Assembly: GCA_951406725.2 (NCBI GenBank)
Contig: OX597824.1
Coordinates: 40,610,001 to 40,674,000, forward strand
DNA length: 64,000 bases
DNA from: Octopus vulgaris
Lineage: Eukaryota
Reading direction: 5' to 3'
Part shown: positions 27,231 to 37,227 of the stretch, one piece after another
Numbering within the stretch: the stretch's first letter is position 1
Layout of the letters: each line of letters starts with the position of its first letter
Made by a program: the position numbers and the translations under genes
The notes under the pieces: generated by a model
Seen by the model: the letters and a program-made list of their open reading frames with translations, nothing else
Databases searched by the model: none
Told to the model about the DNA's origin: nothing

Positions 27231-27691
27231 TATCTTTAATGGGAAAATATGGCCTCTTAATATTCTTCTGGGATGTAAAAACAAAGGGAGGGAGGGGAGA
27301 GTAAATCTTTTATGATTAAACTTGGTTGTGGGATTCTTGGATTGACAGTGTTGTTTCCCCAGGATTTGGGATATAGAGTAATTTAAAATTTTATAAGATT
27401 TGGCTATTACTGTTTTCTGTTTGGAAATTTGTGGATGAAGCAGGTAAGAACAAATATGCATGGCTTTTTGCTGGCATATTTCGTTATATCTATATTCCAC
27501 AACACATAAAAACAAAACAAGCATGCACACACACAATCCATTAGCTTTCTCCTGTTTTAGTAGCTGTCACTGTCATGGAAACAACCAATTTCTTGTTATT
27601 GAATCAATCCCAAAAAATGTAGAAAGAAAGGTAGGTGGTGGTCAATGAGTTGTAGGGAGTGAACAAAATCTATGTTGGGTTCAATTCAGTT

Positions 27692-27778
27692 TGCCAGAGG
27701 ATGAGCTCTAGCTTGTATATAACCTGATTTTGCCACATACATGGAGGGTATACATTCTGGTTCTTGAGACTGATGGCA
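27692..27778 (+). ncRNA. Putative box C/D snoRNA, orphan family C, copy 4
   Basis: TGCCA/TGGCA stem, AGGATGA 27698, box D CTGA 27770. Confidence 0.65.
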
Positions 27779-28244
27779 TAACTTTAATGGGAAATTATGG
27801 CCTCTTAATATTCTTCTGGGATTTAAAAACAAAGGGTGAGGAGAGGCTATTACTGTATTTTCATGTATGTTCTGCACCCCAACCCCCTTCTGAATGTGCT
27901 GCTTAATGGAAAACATTCTCTTGGGGCTTTGTACCAGATTTACTTTATCTAGTTTTTTGTTCATGATATGGACATTAACAGGCATAAAGAATGTAATTTG
28001 TTTCCCATGGTTATGGGGGAAATTTTCAGTTGTATAAAGACATTGTCTATGCAAGATGTGTAGCCTGTTCAATCAGAACACACACACACTTCCTGAAGTA
28101 AATGACCCGATACATTTTGCTTATTTTAGTAAAAAGGAGTTCAGGGAGCATGGTTTTATATGTATATAATGATGGGTCTCAAATTGCCTTCACTCTGATG
28201 TATGTAGCTATGCAATATAGAGATAACGCCAGTAGATATAGATC

Positions 28245-28322
28245 AAGCTTACATGATGAAAACTTAGTGACGGGCGGTCTGATGTCCTTAATCATGATGA
28301 GTGTCACTCTTCTGATAGGCTT
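28245..28322 (+). ncRNA. Box C/D snoRNA U43/SNORD43-like (18S Cm1703-equivalent guide), copy 1
   Basis: Box C ATGATGA 28253; guide AGTGACGGGCGGT complementary to 18S ACCGCCCGUCGCU, followed by D' CTGA; TGTCAC..TTCTGA end as in U43; stem AAGCTTA/TAGGCTT. Confidence 0.88.
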
Positions 28323-28816
28323 GTTTGTTGCGTTGCACTTGCAGTAGTACATAGTTATTGTACTGTTTATTGCCTGTTAGTGGTTCACTTGTTTTCTATC
28401 ACATCTAGAGGTGATTTAGTTTCCATTGTTTGTTGAATTAAGGCAGCAAAGTGGCAGAATTGTTGGCATGCCAGACAAAATGATTAGTGGCATTTCGTCC
28501 AACTTTGCATTCTGAGTTATAATTCCTTTTGGTGTTGATAAAATAGTGTCTGGTGAGCACTGGGGGTGGTGGGAGATCAGTGTAATTGGCTTATCATCTC
28601 CCTCAAAATTTCAGGCCTTGTGCCCATAGCAGAAAGGACTATTTATTGATTTAAGTAAATGACTAGTATTACCGTAACTGTCTTTGGTGTGCTTGTATTA
28701 TGCATACTGGCTGTTTGAATTTGTCAGTGGAGTTGGGTTTTAAATTTGAGTATAGAAATCAAAGTTTGAGGAAGTATAGATCAATATTGATGGTGTATGG
28801 TGGGGGGTTTCCCCAA

Positions 28817-28885
28817 AGGTGACATGATGAGACATGATCCGTTCACTGAATTAGATTGTGGATAAAATATCTTTTCTGATCACCT
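28817..28885 (+). ncRNA. Box C/D snoRNA family B (predicted 28S UGAAUGGAU guide), copy 1
   Basis: Stem AGGTGA/TCACCT, box C 28824, guide TGATCCGTTCA + D' CTGA, box D 28876. Confidence 0.8.
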
Positions 28886-29501
28886 AGTTTTTATGCAGTT
28901 TTTATCTCAAAGTGACTCTAATTATAGGTAAATCCAGGTTGAACAAAATGTAAAAATATTTAAATTTTGTTTAAACATTACCATAGAAAATGAGTCATCA
29001 GCTAATATTCAATTGGGTATGCAACAAAATTTTGATATAGAAGAATTGTGCACATCACTAGATTATCAATAGAATTTAATGCACAGAACAGTGTGCTTGT
29101 ATTATGCATACTCATTATCATTGTTTAGCGTCCGCTTTCCATGCTAGCATGGGCTGGACGGTTCAACTGGGGTCTTGGAAGCCAGAAAGCTGCACCAGCC
29201 CCAGTCTGATCTGGCAATGTTTCTACGGCTGGATGCCCTTCCTAACGCCAACCACTCCGTGAGTGTAGTGGGTGCTTTTTACGTGCCACAGGCACAGGTG
29301 CTGGACGAAGCTGGCAAACGGCCACAATCGGATGGTGCTTTTTACGTGCCACCTGCACGAGGCCAGTCAGGGCGGCGCTGGCAGAAAGCATACTGACTGT
29401 TTGAATCTGTAAGTGGAGTTGGGTTTTAAATTTGAGTATAGAAATCAAAGTTTGAGGAAGTATAGATCAATATTGATGGTGTATGGTGAGGGTTTCCCCA
29501 A

Positions 29502-29570
29502 AGGTGACATGATGAGACTTGATCCGTTCACTGAATTAGATTGTGGATAAAATATATTTTCTGATCACCT
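29502..29570 (+). ncRNA. Box C/D snoRNA family B, copy 2
   Basis: Stem AGGTGA/TCACCT, box C 29509, guide TTGATCCGTTCA + CTGA, box D 29561. Confidence 0.8.
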
Positions 29571-29639
29571 AGTGAGTAATGCAGTTTTTGTCTCAAAGTG
29601 ACTAATTATAGGTAAATCCAGGATAATATTTCAGCCGAT

Positions 29640-30965
29640 CCACACCGCCCATGTACCTGTTATAATCAAGGTTCACAAATGGGGTGCCATTTTCATCTAC
29701 ACATGGTTGTGCACTGGTAGATAGAAAATTTTTCTGCTGTTGGATTATTTCACCTCTTTTTTTAAAATTTTGCTTTTATATCCAACAGCAGCCCTTTTCT
29801 GCTAGCAATTACTAGCACACATATACGTTGCCAAGGTTCTAAATCCGCTGCAAGTTTGACTGAACTAAAATATCGGTCAAAAAATATATGGCCCTGGTTA
29901 TGGTATGGTCATGATAAATTCCAGACCACATCGTACCCTAGGCCATTCCCTGTATAAAAGCTAAATCCACAGCAGTACCCAGTATTTGCTTCACAAATTT
30001 TCCAAACTTTGATCCCCCCATTTCATGGGATTTCCTGGCATATATTGTCAAAACCTTCCTTTATAACCCACCATGCCCTCGTCGATGGATAAGTCTCAGG
30101 GTTGTAAAATGTATTATATGCATTTTGAATGAGGGGTCTTATAAGGGGTCAAAGTTTAGTTCTCCATGTACTGGGATACTATTATATCTCTCACATGTAA
30201 ATACTGGTTCAGTTTCACAAGTCATATTCAGGTCATAATATTGGAACATACTGATTGCCAAAAGGTTCCTGATAGCTCCAGTAATTTGTAATTCTGGGTA
30301 ACAGTCTAATACCCATAATAATATTTATGGCAAAAAAATGCCCGTATTTCTTCTAAGGCTGTGGGAAACCACAAACTATCTTTTTTTTCCAGCTTGTTTA
30401 CATTCTGTGTAACGGTTTGTTTTCGCAATGATCACTTTAAACAAGCATGCTGAAAAAAAAAAGTCTAGTGGTTTCACTTCCTGAGAAAGTGAGTAGATCC
30501 TGTCTTCTCAGAAAATTTGATAAAAACAATTTTTAAAGTTTTTACTCCATTCTAGTGTAAAGTCATCCTCGCTGTTGCTGCTTTCGGATACAGAAATATC
30601 CGATTCTCGTTCATCACGTGCTTTTGTGCCTCATTCATTCTTTTTCTCGGTGTCTCCATATCTTCAGTTGAAAAACCTTCAAATTCAGAATCACTGCTTG
30701 ATAGCATGAAACTCCTCTCCATTTTTAAGTTTAAAAAAAATCAATGTGGAAAAAAATCTCCCAAAATTCAGCAAGTTCAAATATCATACCAAACAATGTT
30801 GGATACAATAACTCAACTAATTTACAAAGTGAAATCAGGTGTTTTCACGAATGTACTAACGAGATTTGTGTTCAAATTTACATTTAAATAACAATGGGTA
30901 CTCTTGGCCGGGTTGGTCTTATGGAACAAAAAAGTTTTCAGCTGGGTTAGTATAGAAAGGGTTAA
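29640..30965 (-). mobile_element. Decayed piggyBac-type transposon remnant
   Basis: Minus-strand fragments GLGYDVVW...HIFFDRYFSSVKLA and MPGNPMKWG resemble PGBD transposase but carry stops and frameshifts; ends in ...AAGGGTTAA (TTAA end); boundaries approximate. Confidence 0.65.
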
Positions 30966-31248
30966 GGACATTGAAGGGAACTGAATTTCTGAACATGGTA
31001 GTCATGTATTTGAATGAGGTGCAGTGATCTACAAAATGATGAAAATTCAAGCCTAAAATTTCATTTTATGTTCCAAGCCCCTGTTGAATAATGGTAAAAT
31101 TAATTAACTAAATTCTTTTCAAAATAAATTGAATCAGAATGGCAATGAATCTTGCCAGAATTTTTTTTTTTACTCATAAGTCATTTTAAATTAATATGGA
31201 CTTAATTAAATTATGTCTTATATGGTTTTTGCAGTTTTGAGTGAGAAC

Positions 31249-31323
31249 AGCTTATATGATGAATATGTAGTGACGGGCGGACTGATGTCCAAAATTTGAA
31301 TGAATGTCACTTTTCTGATAGGC
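31249..31323 (+). ncRNA. U43/SNORD43-like snoRNA, copy 2
   Basis: Box C 31256, guide TAGTGACGGGCGGA + CTGA, box D 31315. Confidence 0.88.
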
Positions 31324-31813
31324 ATGTGTGAATGATAATTTAAATTTTACTTGAATATGGTGAAAAGCTATAGGTGCACACTTTCTGTGGGATGTGCTTT
31401 AGAAATTATGTCTGCCTTCTCATTGCTTGTTATTTTGAATGAGATGACTTGTTGCAGTTTGTCATTATTAAACTGATCTTTGGAACATAAATTAAGAAAT
31501 TTTGATGAAAAGTTTTAACCCTTTAAATTCAGATTTCTTTGTCAAATTTACAGCTTATTTTCTCACATTGTCTTGAATTGATTATGCATTATTTTGTATC
31601 TTTGGAGATTTCAATGTGTTGTAATATTTTTAGAATGACATTGTAGGGCAGGTATAAGACGCCATTTTGAATGTAAACTAGGCAATGTTGAAGGTTGAAT
31701 AAGATAGTTTAAAAACAATAAGTTTGTATCATAGAACCAGAGATGGTATCAAAAGGGTTAATTAAATGAAATTTGTTGGCAGGCTTGTGCTTGGTTAGGT
31801 GTTTTCCACTGCA

Positions 31814-31880
31814 GAGTGATATGATGAAAATTTGATCCGTTCACTGAATTGTTCTGTTGTTAAAATCTTTTCTGATCCCC
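31814..31880 (+). ncRNA. Box C/D snoRNA family B, copy 3
   Basis: Box C 31821, guide TTGATCCGTTCA + CTGA, box D 31872. Confidence 0.75.
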
Positions 31881-32878
31881 AGATGGAAATCATTGAAATA
31901 ATTTCACCAACTTGAGCTGTTAGTTCTAGCTGGAGTCTGACTTACTGCTTAGCTATTGAATTTTTACAGGTCTTTTTTGTTTTTTTTAATTCTATTTTTT
32001 TATAGTACCTAAGATGCAATATTTAAACAGGAATAGTCAGTTGTGGTGTTAGAATGTTAAATAGTTACTCTGGGTTTTTGTAGTTTTACTATTATGTTAT
32101 TTGTTGGCCAACTAGATAATGTCCCTAACCCATTCTACTGCAGCTACGAGCATTTATACACTTAAACATTTTCTTTCTCCAAACTGCATTCTTTCATTAG
32201 TGTGTTTCTTTGAAATTCTAAAACATGGAATCATAAGTTTTGTAAGACAGCTATGGTCTGAAATATCACTAATATGGCTTTTTCGATACACATACATACT
32301 TCTTTTCTGTATGTTTGTGTGTGGAAAGTAGATAACAAAAACAATGTTGCATTTTAAACTTGAAAAGCCTTGCATATTTATAATGTGCAAATTATGTATC
32401 TGTATTCTTACTTCATTTGTGTATGTCAATTTCCAAGAAGAAAACTAAAGTGACATCAAAAAAGCCATATTAGTGATGATGTTTCGTATATTTACAGTTG
32501 ACAACACGTGTTGTCACAAACACAGAAACTTAAGAACGAATCTTGACATGTCTAAGGCTCAAAACAATTGAATGACATTTAAGGTGGTGTCTTCACATTT
32601 TTCAAAACTTAGCTTATAAAATGAATTATTGGAGCAATAAACTCTTCATATTGATGAGTTGCTTCTACAAAATTTGAAGCTAAAGTTTATTTTTGTATGG
32701 GTAAAGGAAAATGCTATTGGAAAAAATGGTAATATTCAGAGAACCAAGAATTTGTATAAATGTTGTGTAATATTGAGTAAATGTTTTAATTTGATACAAA
32801 GATTTTTGTCAACATTTGGGCTAAATATGGGTGGGTGTAATTAGATTATATTGACTAGATGTGGTGTTTTCCTCTGCT

Positions 32879-32945
32879 AGGTGATATGATGATATCTTGA
32901 TCCCTTCACTGAATTGCAGTGTTGTTAAAGTATTTTCTGATCCCC
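32879..32945 (+). ncRNA. Box C/D snoRNA family B, copy 4 (guide variant)
   Basis: Box C 32886, guide TTGATCCCTTCA + CTGA, box D 32937. Confidence 0.72.
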
Positions 32946-33219
32946 AGATGAAAATCAGAACTTGAAAGTTCAGCCACTGTTAGTATTAAATTTGTGACCA
33001 CTGTTTGGTTTAGTTTCACATTTTATTATTTGATAGTGCATTGGATATATCTTGCAGCATTTATTCTCTCTGCACTCTAAGGTCAATTTTGTCTTTCATC
33101 TTCAGTGAGGGAGAAATGAGGTTTGACATATGATGGTCCTAATGCTGTGGTTAGCAGAAATTGTACCGTAGTTTGTATGTTATTTTATGGCTTGAAGGAT
33201 TGCTAAACGAAAGTTTTAT

Positions 33220-33670
33220 TTCATTCCAATGTAAAATCGTCTTTGCTGTTGCCATCGCCGCTTTGTTTCTTCGGAATCGCTGCTTTCGGTTTCGAATGAA
33301 AAAATATCATATTGTACACCACGTGCTTTAAGACCTCATTCATTCTTTTTCTCGATATCTCCCTATTTTCCATTGAAAAAGCTTTAAATTTGGAATCAGT
33401 GCTTGATAACATGAAACTCCTATCCATTTTCAAAGTTGAAGAAAAATCGATGTGGAAAAAAATCTCCCAAAATTTACTGAGTTGAGATATCACTTCAAAC
33501 AATGTCGGATACTATAAGCCAACTATTTACAAAATGAAATCACATGTTTTAACGAATGTACCAACAAGATTTGGGTTCAAATTTACATTTAAATAACAAT
33601 AGGTTCTCTAGGCCGGGTTGGTATTATGAACCAAAAAAATTTTCGGCCAGGTTAGTAACGAAAGAGTTAA
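33220..33670 (-). mobile_element. Second partial copy of the same piggyBac-type element (5' end)
   Basis: Aligns by eye with ~30550-30965 (CATGAAACTCCT.TCCATTTT...CAAATTTACATTTAAAT...GGCCGGGTTGG); ends in GAGTTAA. Confidence 0.65.
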
Positions 33671-33710
33671 GATAGCTTTGATGGTTTTTGGTAGCTGAAG
33701 TTTCTAGATC

Positions 33711-33786
33711 AGGCTTATGTGATGATTTAAGTGACGGGCGGACTGAAATCCTAAACATGAATGATTGTCACTTCACTGATATGCTT
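33711..33786 (+). ncRNA. U43/SNORD43-like snoRNA, copy 3
   Basis: Box C GTGATGA 33719, guide AGTGACGGGCGGA + CTGA, box D 33776. Confidence 0.85.
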
Positions 33787-35384
33787 GTTTATTTCACCTG
33801 GCTTCATTTGGGATAATTGTTTGTGTTTTTACAATCAGCAATGATTTTAGTATGTAGTAAAGTTTTTATTTTATCATTCCATTAAGATAGTTTAATTGCA
33901 CAAGTTGTTGGCTTATAAAATGCAAGACACAGGCTTAGCTGTATGGTCGAGAGTTTGCTTTGCAACTATATGGTTTTGGGTTTAGTCCCATTACACAGCA
34001 TTTTTGGGCCAGGTGTCATCTGTAGCCACAGGTAAACCAAAATCTTGTAAGTTTCATCGGTGGAAACTGAAAAGTAACCTTTATGTATGTATATGTTTGT
34101 CTCCTTGTCTTGCCATGTTAGTGACAACCAGTGTCATTTGCCTGCAGTTTTCTTGGAAAAAAACGAAACTGGGAGAAAATATCACCTTGTTTGGAAACAG
34201 ACGAGGGTTGATTATAAGGGGAGTGTCCAGCTTTAAAAAATCTGCCTCAAAAAATTATTCTGTCCCTTGGAAACATAAAAAAGGTGTGGCAATGATGAAG
34301 GTCAAAATATGTGCTTCTGCACAGGTTATAGTTAGTGTAAGGTTTGTATCTCAATTGCAACGATTAACTGAATTGTAAGTTATAAATGATTGCTGAAATT
34401 TTAAGCATTTAATCTGGTCATATCCAGTCAAAATATTCTGCCTGCTTTACATTCAAACTGGTCAGATCTACCCTACAGTCATTTTATAAACAATCACATC
34501 ATTGAAATCTCAAAGCTATTAAATAATGCATGATTAAATCAAAGTCGCATGAATATTTAAGCATTGCATTTGACAGTAATCTGAATGCTGAAGGGTTGAG
34601 CATTAACACTGGTTTATGGCAGTTTTTGACGTATTTTTTACAATAATTTGTGACTTGCTGGTATTTTAAATAATGTTTGCTTGGATGGTTAACTTCTGAT
34701 GACTGATCTTTTTTCAGTAGGGCAAGTGTCATGTAAAAAGTTGAAGGCTTCTGTATAAGGGACTACTTGTATAGTGGTTAAGAATAATTTTCATAATAAG
34801 CTAATTAATAGTTAACTTCATGTCTTATTACAATTCAAAAGAACTTGAATTACAAAATGTGCTCAAAGCAGATTATGTATTTATATTATGAAATACAGGT
34901 GGCAGGCAGAAAATCACAATTAACGATCACTTTGGATTCTGATGATGTATATACGCACATACACAAATGTGTATATGCATGTGTGTGTTTGTGTCCTCAC
35001 CATTGCTTGACAGTCGATGTTGCTGTGTTTGCATTCCCATAAATTAGTGGTTTGGCAAAAGACACTGATAGAATAAGTACTAACATATCCAGTGGTCGGT
35101 TTGTTCGACCAGCGGCAGTGCTCTGACATGGCCACAGTCACATGACTGAAACCAGTAAAACATTAAAAAAAGAAACTATGCCATTTTAATCCCAAGCAAG
35201 GCTGGGTATCTCTGTTAGTAGTGATTAAAAGATAGTTACACTAAAAATGAAATTAGAGTGGTTTTGAAGCATCCTTGATATTGATGCTATCATTTTGTGG
35301 TATCTAACAGCTTCTGTTTTTTAGATCAAAACAAAAATATACTTTGGGCTGCGAGATATTTTATAACTTTTGTGATTGCTAAAT

Positions 35385-35456
35385 GAAGCTTATATGATGA
35401 TCTATAAGTGGCGGACTGAAAATCATAATTTGATGATCACTTATTCTGATGGCTTC
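35385..35456 (+). ncRNA. U43-derived variant C/D snoRNA (4-nt guide deletion), copy 1
   Basis: Box C 35394, TATAAGTGGCGGA+CTGA, C' TTGATGA, box D 35446, stem GAAGCT/GGCTTC. Confidence 0.72.
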
Positions 35457-36198
35457 TACCATTTCAATAATTGGTTTTCATATGGTTGCTTAAACTTAAT
35501 CTAAAGAATCTAATTTACCATCTTGATACTAGGCTTTTTGTTTGTTTTTCACTCTCGGAGTAAGTTGGGCTCTTTTAATGGGATATCAATTAAAGTGTTA
35601 AATGTTTTATTCACTTGGTTTTAACCTTTTAGCATTCAGATTATTCTGTCAAATATAATATTTATTTATCCATATTGTTTTAAGCTAATCATGCATTATT
35701 TCGTAGCTTTAAGATTTCGATGATGTTATCACCTGTTTTTAGATTGACATTATAGGTTGGTGTGAGATACCAAATCTGGGCAGTTTTAACAGAAAACAGG
35801 TAGATTATTTGGGCCGGATATGGCCGGTTTAAACACTAAAGGGTTAATAAAGTTTTGAGGTATGGCAAATTTAATTCGAATTTTTACCATTATTTGCATC
35901 ATCATTATCATTTAATGTCCATTTTCCATGCTGTCAGGGGTTGGGCAGTTTGACAAGAGCTGACGGCTCCGTGTCTGTTTTGGCATGGTTTCTACGACTG
36001 GATGCTCTTCGTAATGCCAACCAGTGTGCTAGGTACTTTTACACAGCACCAGCACTTACAAGCCCACAAAATTAGGGATGCTCAGCTGGAGAGGGTTGCA
36101 AGGGCAACCAGGCTTTTACTTAGCATGAGGTTTACAAATTGTGATTGCTGGAAATTATGAGGCCAGGCTTATTATGATAGTTATATTTTACAGCTTGT

Positions 36199-36264
36199 GA
36201 AGCTTATATGATAAAGATTGTAGCAGACTGAAAAATAAGTTTGATCACTTATTCTGATGGTTTC
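36199..36264 (+). pseudogene. Decayed U43-variant snoRNA copy
   Basis: Same flanks and 3' half (TCACTTATTCTGATGG), but box C is mutated to ATGATAA and the guide is eroded. Confidence 0.55.
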
Positions 36265-36781
36265 TAGTTTTTCAGTAATTATTTTTCTTATAATTTGGCT
36301 TCTGTAGTTTATCACTTAAAACTAAATATTGACTGTTGAAAACCTGAAAGACTAACATTTCGTGGATAAGCACTTGGCATCGGGAATGTTACACATGGTT
36401 TTCTCCAATTCCCTTTAGCCTTTCAAAAATTGTGTGTGTTATCAGCATAATGAATACAGGGATAGTGGCTGAGATACTGGAAATGTCCAATGAAGTTAGG
36501 TTCAATTATTACACATCGTTTTGTTCAATGCAAAAAGTGAAGTAGACATCTTAAAGTGGTGGTGTTGGCATTTTGGTTGTAAAATCTTTGACAGGGTACA
36601 GGAAAGTTGTAAGGCATGGTATATTTTAGAGCTGTGTTTTACAACTTGTGGGGTTGCTAGATGATGAGTGACAGACTGAAAATTATATTCTTATAAAGAG
36701 TCATGGTTTGTGAAATCTGATGTTTCTCAATCCAAACTGCTTGGTTTGCATAATATTTTACAGTTTTTGTGATTGCTAAAT

Positions 36782-36853
36782 GAAGCTTATATGATGATCT
36801 ATAAGTGGCGGACTGAAAATCTTAATTTGATGATCACTTATTCTGATGGCTTC
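36782..36853 (+). ncRNA. U43-derived variant C/D snoRNA, copy 2
   Basis: Box C 36791, TATAAGTGGCGGA+CTGA, box D 36843. Confidence 0.72.
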
Positions 36854-37227
36854 TACCATTTCAATAATTGGTTTTCATATGGTTTGCTTTGTAAACATTC
36901 TCTTGAATTTAATTTACCTTCTGGATATTTGGCATTTTTTTCCTCTTCAAATTCTATTCAGAGTAAATTATGGATCTCATAATGGGTTATCAACTAAAGA
37001 GTTAATGTGTAATGTTACTTGTTTTATTCACTTCATTTTAGTAAAGTTTTTAAGATATGGTTTAGGTAGGATGTATTAAATTGCATGGCAACCAAATGTA
37101 GAATGCAAGTGTTCTGGAAAATCGTGTGTGCAGGAAATATGAGGCACAGGTTATTTTCCAAATGTGTGTGCAGAGTTAGCTATTAAAATTACATTCTGTA
37201 AGTAAATATAGTTGTAAATAAAGTTGA

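Larger units (their letters stand above)
26170..27850 (+). repeat. Tandem segmental duplication (~720-bp unit, ~2.3 copies), each unit carrying a family C snoRNA
   Basis: Near-identical blocks, e.g. AAAAGTGTTATAGAA...GCAGAAGCAGTTTG at ~26190 and ~26910, and a third partial copy from ~27625. Confidence 0.85.

Noticed and set aside
26425-28072. Repeated ~125-aa minus-strand ORFs suggesting a tandem gene family
   Set aside because: Frames are not preserved between repeat copies; the conserved signal is the plus-strand snoRNA unit
28835-28849. Family B guide as complementary to the 18S 3' end (GAAGGAUCA) or 5.8S (GGUGGAUCA)
   Set aside because: Those pairings need a bulge or several G-U pairs and a mismatch; the 28S UGAAUGGAU match is longer and fits D+5 at a known modified site
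36661-36690. ATGATGAGTGACAGACTGAAA partial U43-like motif
   Set aside because: Truncated, without a matching 3' half or stem; at most a decayed remnant, not counted as a snoRNA
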